From the NCBI GenBank assembly GCA_016234855.1, contig JACRNO010000060.1, positions 9,595 through 73,594 of the forward strand: a stretch of DNA of 64,000 nt, written 5' to 3'. The position numbers and the translations under genes are program-made. Of the stretch, positions 8,527-16,214 are shown in pieces (the first letter of the stretch is position 1; every line of letters begins with the position of its first letter). The DNA comes from Deltaproteobacteria bacterium (GTDB lineage Bacteria > Desulfobacterota > GWC2-55-46). The notes under the pieces are model-generated. The model worked only from the letters and a program-made list of their open reading frames with translations. It did not search any database and was not told the origin of the DNA.

Positions 8527-10446
8527 ATGCTTGAGAGCATCAGAAAGAGACAGAAATCCATCGTCATACTGGTCGCCTTCGCGGCCATCATCATCGTCTT
8601 CGTCTTCTGGGGGGTCGGGCCGGACGGCATGAAGAAGACCTCGGAGATGGCCGTGGCCGAAGTAAACGGCGAGACGATAAGCGGCAAGGAATACGCCGCC
8701 ATGTACAAGCGCCAGGTCGAATACTACAAGTCCATATTCAAGGGACAGTACAACGACGAGATGGCAAAGACCCTCCGGCTGAAGGAGAAGTCGCTCGACG
8801 TCCTCGTCAACAAGAGACTCGTGCTCAAGGACGCGGCTGACAGGGGCATGACCGTGACGGAGGCCGAGATGCAGGACTACATAAAGAACGTCGACGCATT
8901 CAAGAAGGACGGGGCCTTCGACCTGGCAACATACAGGCGGGTGCTTGACGCAAACCGGCTCACCCCGGCGGAATTCGAGCAGAACGTGCGGGGCGACATG
9001 CTCTACAACAAGATATACGCCGCGGAGACCAGGGACATAACGGTTACCGGCGCCGATATCAAAGAAGCCTACATGACGGAGAACAGGGAATTCTCCTACG
9101 ATTACGCCACAATCAACCCTGATAAATACGTTGCCAGGGTTCAGGTCACTGACGAGGAGGCAAAGAAGTTCATGCAGGAGAACGTCTCATCCTTCATGGA
9201 GCCGCTCAAACTCAACGCCTTCTACGTGAAGGCCGATATAGGCGCGTTCGAGAAGAAGGTCAAGGTCGACGGGGCCGAGATAAAGGAATATTACGAGAAG
9301 AACATCAAACAGTTCGAGATACCCGAGAGCGTGGCCGCAAGGCACATACTGATAAAGACGGACCCAACGGCCAAAGACCAAGCCAGGGACAAAGAGACAG
9401 CCAGGGCAAAGGCCGAAGAGATACTTAAAAAGGCTCAGGCTGGCGCGCCGTTCACCGAACTCGCAAAGAAGAACTCGGCGGACCTCTCGTCGGCAAGGCA
9501 GGGCGGAGACCTCGGCTGGTTCCAGAGGGGACAGATGGTAAAGCCCTTTGAAGACGCGGCCTTCTCTCTCAAAAAAGGAGAGACGAGCGGGTTAGTCGAG
9601 ACGGCCTTCGGTTTTCACATCATACAGGTCTACGACAAAAAAGAGCCTCAGGCCGCGCCGCTCAAAGAGGTCGAGGGACAGATAAAAAGTCTCCTCGCTA
9701 AAGAAAAGGCGTGGAAGACCGCCAGCGATATGATGGTGGCCCTGATAAAACCCTTAACCGACGCGAAGACGCCGGCCGAGCTCAGGAAGGCGGCAACGGA
9801 GCGCGGACTTAAGGGCATGGAGACGGGCCTTATCACGGAGGCCGACAGGAGCTCCGTGATATCGTCCGACGAAATCCTGCGTGGCAGCGCCTTCTCGCTG
9901 CGCCAGGGCGAGGTCTCAAGACCGCTTCAATCAAACCAGGCGTTCTATCTCATCAAGGCGATCGAGAGGATAGACCCGGCCGCACAGGACTTTGCAAAAG
10001 CGGCGCCGGTCATAAGGAACGCGCTTAAGGCAAGAAAAGCGGATGAACAGGCGTCCAGGGCCGCCGAAGAGCTCCTGAAGAAGGCCGTTGAAAAAAAGGA
10101 CCTTGCCACCGTTGCAAGGGACGCGGGCCTGAAGGTGGAACAGACCGGCCCGTTCAGCATGCAACAGGGCGTTATCAAGAAGCCCGGGTACTTTGTCAAG
10201 GACAAGCCAAAATTCTTCGAGGCCACAAAAGACGCGCCCTTCTACCCGGAAGTTGTGAAGGTCAAGGACGGCTATGCCGTCTTCAAGCTCAGAGACGTCA
10301 AGGATGCGAATATCGCCGGGCTTGAGAAGGTCAAAGCCGAACTTGAAAAGAACCTGCTCGCGAAGAAACAGAACGACGCCCTGGAGAAATGGATAAAAGG
10401 GCTTCGCGAGAAGGCGAAGATACAGATTCACCAAGATAGACTATAG
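8527..10446 (+). CDS. ppiD: Periplasmic chaperone / peptidyl-prolyl cis-trans isomerase PpiD-like (SurA N-domain plus PpiC-type rotamase domain)
   Basis: 639 aa with N-terminal TM helix. The parvulin domain region (ARHILIKTD ... [42 protein letters not shown]) matches the PpiC rotamase signature. GGAGG SD before the ATG. Confidence 0.8.
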   Translation: MLESIRKRQKSIVILVAFAAIIIVFVFWGVGPDGMKKTSEMAVAEVNGETISGKEYAAMYKRQVEYYKSIFKGQYNDEMAKTLRLKEKSLDVLVNKRLVLKDAADRGMTVTEAEMQDYIKNVDAFKKDGAFDLATYRRVLDANRLTPAEFEQNVRGDMLYNKIYAAETRDITVTGADIKEAYMTENREFSYDYATINPDKYVARVQVTDEEAKKFMQENVSSFMEPLKLNAFYVKADIGAFEKKVKVDGAEIKEYYEKNIKQFEIPESVAARHILIKTDPTAKDQARDKETARAKAEEILKKAQAGAPFTELAKKNSADLSSARQGGDLGWFQRGQMVKPFEDAAFSLKKGETSGLVETAFGFHIIQVYDKKEPQAAPLKEVEGQIKSLLAKEKAWKTASDMMVALIKPLTDAKTPAELRKAATERGLKGMETGLITEADRSSVISSDEILRGSAFSLRQGEVSRPLQSNQAFYLIKAIERIDPAAQDFAKAAPVIRNALKARKADEQASRAAEELLKKAVEKKDLATVARDAGLKVEQTGPFSMQQGVIKKPGYFVKDKPKFFEATKDAPFYPEVVKVKDGYAVFKLRDVKDANIAGLEKVKAELEKNLLAKKQNDALEKWIKGLREKAKIQIHQDRL

Positions 10447-10465
10447 CAGGATGCTGAAAATTTTT

Positions 10466-10497
10466 TGTGGCGTCAGGAGGAAACTCCTGACGCCACA
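10466..10497. repeat. GTCAGGAG-GAAA-CTCCTGAC hairpin (family copy H1)
   Basis: TGTGGCGTCAGGAG-GAAA-CTCCTGACGCCACA: 14-bp stem, GAAA tetraloop. 3' of ppiD and 5' of proS. Confidence 0.65.
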
Positions 10498-10545
10498 GTA
10501 ATGACGAGCCTTCGTTTCATACCAATATCACAGATGCGAGGTACT

Positions 10546-12261
10546 ATGCGCTTCTCCAGAATGCTGCTCCACACGCTCAAGGAATCACCGTCGGACGCCG
10601 ACGTCATAAGCCAAAAACTCATGATGCGCTCCGGCATGATACTCAAGGTCGCCGCCGGAATATACAACCTCCTGCCTCTGGGACTGCGCGTCATATCGAA
10701 GGTCGAGGGCATCGTGCGCGAGGAGATGAACCGCGCGGGCGCCCAGGAAGTCTCCATGCCCGTCGTCATGCCCGCGGAGCTCTGGAAGGAGAGCGGCAGA
10801 TGGGACGTCTACGGCAAGGAGCTCCTGCGGTTCAAGGACCGGCACGACAGGGAGTTCTGCCTCGGGCCGACGCACGAAGAGGTCATAACGGACATAGTGC
10901 GGCGCACGGTCCGCTCGTACCGCGAACTGCCCCTTAACATCTATCAGATACAGACGAAGTTCCGCGACGAGATACGCCCGCGCTTCGGCCTTATGCGCGG
11001 ACGCGAGTTCACCATGAAGGACGCCTACTCCTTCCACGCGACCGACGAATGCGCGGAGCGCGAGTACCGCAACATGTACGACGCATACTGCCGCATATTC
11101 GAGAGGTGCGGCCTGAAGTTCCGCGCCGTGGAGGCCGAGACCGGGGCCATAGGCGGCAGGTTCTCGCACGAGTTCATGGTGCTGGCCGAGACCGGCGAGG
11201 ACGCCATAGCCTCGTGCAACGCCTGCTCCTACGCCGCAAACACCGAGCGCGCCGAGATAAGGCCGCCTGAGACGGCCATTTCAAACGAACCCGCCGGACC
11301 CATCGAGGCCGTAAAGACACCCGGCAAAAAGACGGTCGAGGACGTGAGCGCGCTCTTGAAGGTGGCGCCCTCAAGGCTGATAAAGACCCTCATCTACGAG
11401 ACGGACAAGGGCGTCATAGTTGCGCTCGTGCGGGGCGATTACGAATTGAACGAGATGAAGCTCTGCCGCGCCATTGACGCGGAATGGGTCAAACTCGCCG
11501 ACGAAGAGACGGTACGGAAGACCACGAACGCGCCGTCCGGCTTTGCCGGGCCTGTCGGCCTCAAAGCGGATATATGGGCCGACCACGGCGTAAGAGGGAT
11601 GGTAAACGGCGTCACGGGCGCGAACGCGGCGGATGAGCACCTTATAAACGTGTGCGAGGGCCGTGACTTCGAGGCGCAATTCGCCGACCTTCGCGTGGTT
11701 GTTGCGGGAGACGCCTGCCCGCGCTGCAAAGGCGCTCTCGAAATATTTCGCGGCATAGAGGTCGGCCACATCTTCAAGCTCGGCACAAAGTACTCGTCCG
11801 CCCTGTCCGCTACCTTCCTTGACGAGACTGGAAAGGCCCAACCTTTCATCATGGGCTGCTACGGCATTGGCATAGGCAGAACGGCCGCGGCCGCCATCGA
11901 GCAGAACCACGACGAGGCGGGCATCATCTGGCCTGGCCCCCTGGCCCCGTTCTCGTGCGAGGTCGTGCCGGTAAACGTCGCGGACGAAGGCACGAAGAAG
12001 GCGGCTGAGGCGTTATACCATGCGCTACAAGAGGCCGGGTGCGAGACCCTGCTCGACGACCGCGACGAGCGGCCAGGCGTAAAGTTCAAGGACGCGGACC
12101 TTATCGGCATACCCGTGCGCGTGACCATAGGCGAACGCAACCTGAAACAGGGGCTTGTAGAGATAAAAGAGAGGCGGGCAAAAGAGGCCCGGCTTGTCAA
12201 AGTGGAAGATGCGGCTGCGGCGGTGATGGAGGCTTTGAAGACGAGATTACCAGGGTCGTAG
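10546..12261 (+). CDS. proS: Proline--tRNA ligase
   Basis: Class II aaRS motifs (FRDEIRPRFGLMRGREFTMKDAYSFH). The ORF track opens at 10465, but the first 80 nt are a GTCAGGAG hairpin repeat, so the ATG at 10546 (MRFSRMLLHTLKE) is the likelier start. Confidence 0.9.
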   Translation: MRFSRMLLHTLKESPSDADVISQKLMMRSGMILKVAAGIYNLLPLGLRVISKVEGIVREEMNRAGAQEVSMPVVMPAELWKESGRWDVYGKELLRFKDRHDREFCLGPTHEEVITDIVRRTVRSYRELPLNIYQIQTKFRDEIRPRFGLMRGREFTMKDAYSFHATDECAEREYRNMYDAYCRIFERCGLKFRAVEAETGAIGGRFSHEFMVLAETGEDAIASCNACSYAANTERAEIRPPETAISNEPAGPIEAVKTPGKKTVEDVSALLKVAPSRLIKTLIYETDKGVIVALVRGDYELNEMKLCRAIDAEWVKLADEETVRKTTNAPSGFAGPVGLKADIWADHGVRGMVNGVTGANAADEHLINVCEGRDFEAQFADLRVVVAGDACPRCKGALEIFRGIEVGHIFKLGTKYSSALSATFLDETGKAQPFIMGCYGIGIGRTAAAAIEQNHDEAGIIWPGPLAPFSCEVVPVNVADEGTKKAAEALYHALQEAGCETLLDDRDERPGVKFKDADLIGIPVRVTIGERNLKQGLVEIKERRAKEARLVKVEDAAAAVMEALKTRLPGS

Positions 12262-12283
12262 ATACTGTCTTGGTTGCCATCTA

Positions 12284-12452
12284 AATTTTGTCCCGCGTTT
12301 ATTGTCATTTCGACCGAAGGGAGAAATCTTAAGATTCCTCACATTTGATAAGTTACAAGACAAGATTCCTCGGTCGCTTGTGCGCTAACGTTATGTCTTT
12401 GGCGCCTTCGCTTCCTCGGAATGACAGCGAAATGTAATTAATCAGAGGTTCC
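12284..12452. mobile_element. MITE-like element copy 2 (one clear TIR, internal GTCATTTCG...CGGAATGACA palindrome)
   Basis: Right TIR TAATTAATCAGAGGTTCC at 12435-12452. Shares the CTTGTGCGCTAACGTTATGTCTTTGGCGCC module with copy 1 and with 13495-13520 and 44391-44430. Confidence 0.5.
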
Positions 12453-12458
12453 CTGAGA

Positions 12459-12617
12459 ATGCAAAAACTCATCGCATGGATAGGCGCTATTATCGTGAGC
12501 TCCATCGGTTGGTGGGTCGGCAGTCAGATAGGCCTGATGACGGCGGTGATACTCTCGGGCATAGGCACTGGCGTGGGGTTCTACTACGGCATGAAGCTCG
12601 CAAAAAGATGGCTATAG
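12459..12617 (+). CDS. Hypothetical small hydrophobic protein (52 aa, Gly-rich, two predicted TM segments)
   Basis: ATG ORF MQKLIAWIGAIIVSSIGWWVGSQIGLMTAVILSGIGTGVGFYYGMKLAKRWL, below the 60-aa track cutoff. GAGG 10 nt upstream is supplied by the terminal repeat of the adjacent MITE-like element. Confidence 0.35.
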   Translation: MQKLIAWIGAIIVSSIGWWVGSQIGLMTAVILSGIGTGVGFYYGMKLAKRWL

Positions 12618-12819
12618 CGCTGAATATTATTACATCCCGACAGATACCGCCCTGCAGTTCAGGACTTCATCCCCTGAGACGACCCGCAAAGAGAAATAAA
12701 TAACCTCAACAGGCCCGTGATGCGCCTAAACACTGGTTCGTTTCTCTACGGCCCGCCGAGACTTAAAAAAGGTCTATCGTCTCTCCACGCAAGCCTGCTT
12801 ACCATATAACCCCTTATTA

Positions 12820-13254
12820 TCAACACGCGGCCCCTCCTGACCATGAACAGGTGCCGTCAGTCAACATCGTAACCGTTCCGTGCGCCCCGGTTGAATTCGG
12901 GTTGGTGACGGAGACAATATAGGAGTCGGCTATCCCGCCGGCCCCTGCGGTAATTGTGAGGACATTGTCTTTACTAACGACAAAGTAGGCTGTGCCAATT
13001 GTAACAGACGAAGGGCCGGTGAGCGCAGGCAGGGCGAGATAAGTCTTCGCATCAACGAAATAGGCCTCTTCCTGTATAAGGGCGTTCCTTGCGTCGTTTA
13101 CCATGCTTGCATTTATGGCGCGTTCCTTGAACGCCGAGTACTGAGGGATGGCTATGCTTGCAAGAAGCGCAATAATCGCAACGACCATCAGAAGCTCGAT
13201 AAGCGTGAAACCGGCGTCCCTTGACTGCGAATGAGATGAGATTGACAACATCAT
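12820..13254 (-). CDS. Type IVa pilin-like protein (second, divergent pilin paralogue)
   Basis: Class III signal motif G/FTLIELLMVVAIIALLASIAIPQY with Glu5, plus a C-terminal Cys pair (DGTCSWSGGAAC). The track start is the TTG at 13305. The ATG at 13254 (MMLSISSHSQSRDAG|FTLIE, GGAG 6 nt upstream) is more plausible. The leader is atypical, with few basic residues. Confidence 0.75.
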   Translation of the reverse strand: MMLSISSHSQSRDAGFTLIELLMVVAIIALLASIAIPQYSAFKERAINASMVNDARNALIQEEAYFVDAKTYLALPALTGPSSVTIGTAYFVVSKDNVLTITAGAGGIADSYIVSVTNPNSTGAHGTVTMLTDGTCSWSGGAAC

Positions 13255-13303
13255 CCTCGGCTCCATAGAGGCAAAATGAAATATGACAAGACCCACATGT
13301 ACC

Positions 13304-13572
13304 AAGGAACTTCTGATTAATTATATTCTGCTGTCATTCTGAAGGAGTCCAGCACCACCTTGCGTCGCCAAGTTTAGTTTTGGCACGAACTTTTGTGATG
13401 GAAAGTGGTGCTGGACGACTGAAGAATCTCGTAACTATTTGATTTGCCAATAGACAAGATTCTTCCCCATTCGCTACGCTCAGGGCTAAAGGCGCAAAAA
13501 GCATAACGTTAGCGCACAAGGCTCACGCGCTCAGAATGACAGGCTCAGTAGAATAAATCAGAGGGTCCTTAA
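13304..13572. mobile_element. MITE-like element copy 3, abutting second pilin gene
   Basis: TIRs AAGGAACTTCTGATTAATTAT (13304-13324) and GAATAAATCAGAGGGTCCTTAA (13551-13572). Internal GTCATTCTGAAGGAG...CTCAGAATGACA palindrome and GCGCTAACGTTATGC module. Confidence 0.6.
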
Positions 13573-13820
13573 CAAAGCTTTGCTACATTCATGCCCGAGC
13601 AAGCCAAAAACTACATAATTATTCGGATATTCCATAAAAACATGCCACAGCATGTCGCCTCAATGACACTTTTTGCCTGATTTGACACACCTGGGAGTAA
13701 ATAACAGACCTGCACCTACAGATTAATACCACAAATTGACGCTATTGTCACATATATTTTGCAACAACTAAAAAATACCTTCATTTGCCATTAAGATATG
13801 ACACCCGCCAGGAAGAGAAC

Positions 13821-13857
13821 AAAAAAAACACCAAGGCAGGGTTCCCTGCCTTGGTGT
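13821..13857 (-). terminator. Intrinsic terminator downstream of pilA
   Basis: On the minus strand: CACCAAGGCAGGGAACCCTGCCTTGGTG hairpin followed by TTTTTTTT, 37 nt after the pilA stop. Confidence 0.8.
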
Positions 13858-13893
13858 CACGGGCCAGTCTCTAATCAAACCGGCTTCCGTCTA

Positions 13894-14364
13894 TTAGCAA
13901 ACGGCGGCGTTGGCATACGTGCAAACTCCGAGTTGGTTGTACGTAAGATCGCCGTAGGCGCCGGCAGTAGACGAACCTGAATTGGCGTTAGCAACAGTTA
14001 TGGTGAAGGTACCGGTGCCAAAAACACCTGCGGTTGTTGCTATGGTAACAGTATTGCCGAGGCTGACCTTGACAGAGTAGGTATTCAGCCTGGTCGCGCC
14101 GTTCCAAGTCATAATGGCAGGGCCAACGCCGCTTATGCCGTTCGCATCCATATAAGAGTTTTCGTCTGACATGGTTGCCTCGAGATTGGTCGCGGTATTC
14201 CTTGCGTCCGCTACCATCGACGCCCTTACGCCCCTCTCTCTGTAGGCCGAGAACTGCGGGATGGCGATTGCCGCGAGGATGGCGATAATCGCGACGACGA
14301 TGAGCAACTCGATGAGCGTAAAGCCTTCTTCATTCTTCTGTCTCTTAAGCATTTCCTTTAACAT
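13894..14364 (-). CDS. pilA: Type IVa major pilin PilA (Geobacter-type N-terminus, full length)
   Basis: 156 aa. MLKEMLKRQKNEEG|FTLIELLIVVAIIAILAAIAIPQFSAYRE closely resembles Geobacter/Desulfuromonadales PilA. C-terminal disulfide loop CTYANAAVC. Perfect AGGAGG SD 6 nt before the ATG. Sigma-54 promoter and intrinsic terminator flank the gene. Confidence 0.9.
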   Translation of the reverse strand: MLKEMLKRQKNEEGFTLIELLIVVAIIAILAAIAIPQFSAYRERGVRASMVADARNTATNLEATMSDENSYMDANGISGVGPAIMTWNGATRLNTYSVKVSLGNTVTIATTAGVFGTGTFTITVANANSGSSTAGAYGDLTYNQLGVCTYANAAVC

Positions 14365-14438
14365 GTGTGGCCTCCTTTTGCTTGTGCGTTTTGGCTCCGG
14401 CTAATGCCGGGATGCCGTGATATCCTACATATATAGAT

Positions 14439-14455
14439 TGCAATGCCCGTGCCAA
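14439..14455 (-). promoter_or_regulatory. Sigma-54 (RpoN) -24/-12 promoter of pilA
   Basis: Minus-strand reading gives TGGCAC-GGGCA-TTGCA, an exact match to the TGGCAC-N5-TTGCW consensus. It sits about 75 nt upstream of the pilA ATG. Confidence 0.8.
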
Positions 14456-14531
14456 CATGGCTTTTTGTTATAAATCAATAGGTTAGTTTAGAACTCCATA
14501 TGCATATTAAGCCTTGGGGTGCCGCTTATTG

Positions 14532-14566
14532 TCACCGAAGTGACAAAAATTGTCACTTCGGTGATG
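14532..14566 (-). promoter_or_regulatory. Tandem dyad (TGTCAC-N4-GTGACA twice) candidate PilR enhancer
   Basis: 33-bp perfect palindrome TCACCGAAGTGACAA-AAA-TTGTCACTTCGGTGA centred about 95 bp upstream of the sigma-54 -24 element. This geometry is typical for bacterial enhancer-binding proteins. Confidence 0.55.
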
Positions 14567-14613
14567 GAGTTAATCTGCGGCGCGCAAGACATAACCCCTC
14601 CCGGCCTCCCCTT

Positions 14614-14716
14614 AAATAAGGGGAGGAGAAAGACAACTCTCCCCCGAGACGGAGGGCAGGCAACCTCTGCAAGTTTGCTTAAATAAGGGGAGGAGAAAGA
14701 CAACTCTCCCCCTCTT
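14614..14716. repeat. Two 35-bp direct repeats CTTAAATAAGGGGAGGAGAAAGACAACTCTCCCCC (GGGGAG hairpin family)
   Basis: Copies at about 14614-14650 and 14681-14716, each containing CCCCTTAAATAAGGGG and GGAGAAAGACAACTCTCC hairpins. Related GGGGAG/CTCCCC hairpins occur at 37930-38010, 44290-44370 and 59040-59150. Confidence 0.6.
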
Positions 14717-14729
14717 TTTAAAGAGGGGG
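14707..14729 (-). terminator. Putative terminator hairpin after pilR
   Basis: CCCCCTCTTTTTAAAGAGGGGG perfect hairpin 20 nt downstream of the pilR stop. The T-tract is weak. Confidence 0.4.
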
Positions 14730-14748
14730 CCGGGGGGAGTTAATTGTA

Positions 14749-16158
14749 CTACTCCTCCCCCACCCCATATTTGCTCAGCTTATAGCGCATGGCGCGAAAC
14801 GACATGCCAAGAAGCTCGGCAGCCTTCTTCTTTGCCCCGCCAGTAACCTTCAATGCGTCCATAATGGCCGTCCGCTCGAACTCTTCAACGGTCTTTTCAA
14901 GGTCAAACCCTGCCCCCTCTTTCAAGCGCGCAGGCGTAAGCCCCACGCGCTCGGCTGTATCCCCCTGCCCGGCCGCCTTCGGGGCCTGGCGCGCATGCAG
15001 GGGCAGGCTCTCCACGGTAATCAGATCGGAAGGCTCAAGGGCAACGGCGCGCTCCATTATGTTTTCAAGCTCGCGCACGTTGCCCGGATAATCGTATTCC
15101 ATGAGCGCGGCCATCGCCGGCGCGGAGATTACGGTTATGGTCTTGCCCATATCCTTATTATACTTCTCAAGAAAGTGCCTCGCTAAAAGCGGGATATCTT
15201 CTTTACGCTCGCGTAAGGCCGGCATATCGATACGTATCACGTTCAACCTGTAGAAGAGGTCTTCCCTGAACCTGCCCGCCTTGACCTCGGCCTCGAGGTT
15301 CCTATTTGAGGCGGCAATGAGCCTTATATCGACCGGTACATCGACAGTGCCGCCGACCCTGCGAAACCGCCTCTCCTGTATAAAACGCAGGAGCTTGACC
15401 TGAAGGTGCAGAGGCATCTCGGTCAACTCGTCGAGGAAGAGCGTGCCGCCGTCCGCCTCCTCGGCCAGCCCCTGCTTATTGGCCACCGCCCCTGTGAACG
15501 CGCCTTTCTGATGACCGAAGAGCTCGCTCTCAAGGAGGTTCTCGGGTATGGCCCCGCAGTTGACCGCGACGAACGGCGCGTCTTTCCTGTCGCTCTCGTG
15601 CCATATCGCCCGCGCCGCGATCTCCTTGCCCGTGCCGGATTCCCCGGTGATAAAGACGTTGGTCTTGCCCTTTGCTATGCTTACGATAAGCTGATATACC
15701 TCAGTCATCCTCGGGCTTGCCCCCACCATGTTTGCAAACCCGAACCTGGCCTTGCAATCGTCCTTAAGCAGCTTGTTCTCGAGTTCAAGCCGCCTGAGCT
15801 TCAGGGCCTTACGGATATTGAGCTTTATCTCGTCCACGTTGAACGGCTTGGTGAAATAATCAAACGCGCCGGCCTTCATGGCCTCAACCGCGGTATCGAC
15901 CGAGGCATATGCGGTAATCATTATGACGATGGTCTCGGGGGCCAGTTCCTTGACGGCCTTGAGAAACTCCAGGCCCGTCATGCCGGGCATCTTTAGGTCC
16001 GTCAGCACGAGGTCGCATCTGTTCTCCCTGCAGAACTCAAGCGCGGCAGCGGGAGCCGGGAAACTGCGCGCCTCGTAGCCTTCCTTGCGGAGCATTATCT
16101 CCAGAAAATCCCGCATGTCTTTCTCGTCGTCTACTATTATAATCCTCGGCGCGCTCAT
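14749..16158 (-). CDS. pilR: Sigma-54-dependent response regulator PilR (NtrC family)
   Basis: 469 aa with a REC domain (IIIVDDEKDMRD...D...K), an AAA+ sigma-54 activator domain (GESGTGKE, ESELFGH) and a C-terminal HTH. Sits between pilS and pilA as in Geobacter and Pseudomonas. Confidence 0.9.
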   Translation of the reverse strand: MSAPRIIIVDDEKDMRDFLEIMLRKEGYEARSFPAPAAALEFCRENRCDLVLTDLKMPGMTGLEFLKAVKELAPETIVIMITAYASVDTAVEAMKAGAFDYFTKPFNVDEIKLNIRKALKLRRLELENKLLKDDCKARFGFANMVGASPRMTEVYQLIVSIAKGKTNVFITGESGTGKEIAARAIWHESDRKDAPFVAVNCGAIPENLLESELFGHQKGAFTGAVANKQGLAEEADGGTLFLDELTEMPLHLQVKLLRFIQERRFRRVGGTVDVPVDIRLIAASNRNLEAEVKAGRFREDLFYRLNVIRIDMPALRERKEDIPLLARHFLEKYNKDMGKTITVISAPAMAALMEYDYPGNVRELENIMERAVALEPSDLITVESLPLHARQAPKAAGQGDTAERVGLTPARLKEGAGFDLEKTVEEFERTAIMDALKVTGGAKKKAAELLGMSFRAMRYKLSKYGVGEE

Positions 16159-16214
16159 GGCCTTTGTCCTTAATACTTAAAATTGTTTGATAACGGCATA
16201 GCCAGGAGACACGA

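Noticed and set aside
10465-10545. N-terminal 27 codons of the proS ORF as called by the track
   Set aside because: The region is the GTCAGGAG-GAAA hairpin. The conserved ProS sequence begins at the ATG at 10546.
12476-12703. 75-aa ORF overlapping the small membrane ORF in another frame
   Set aside because: Arg-rich nonsense translation. The alternative frame (12459-12617) gives a coherent hydrophobic peptide with an SD.
13573-13893. Second sigma-54 promoter for the downstream pilin
   Set aside because: No TGGCAC-N5-TTGCW (or close variant) found on the minus strand in this interval.
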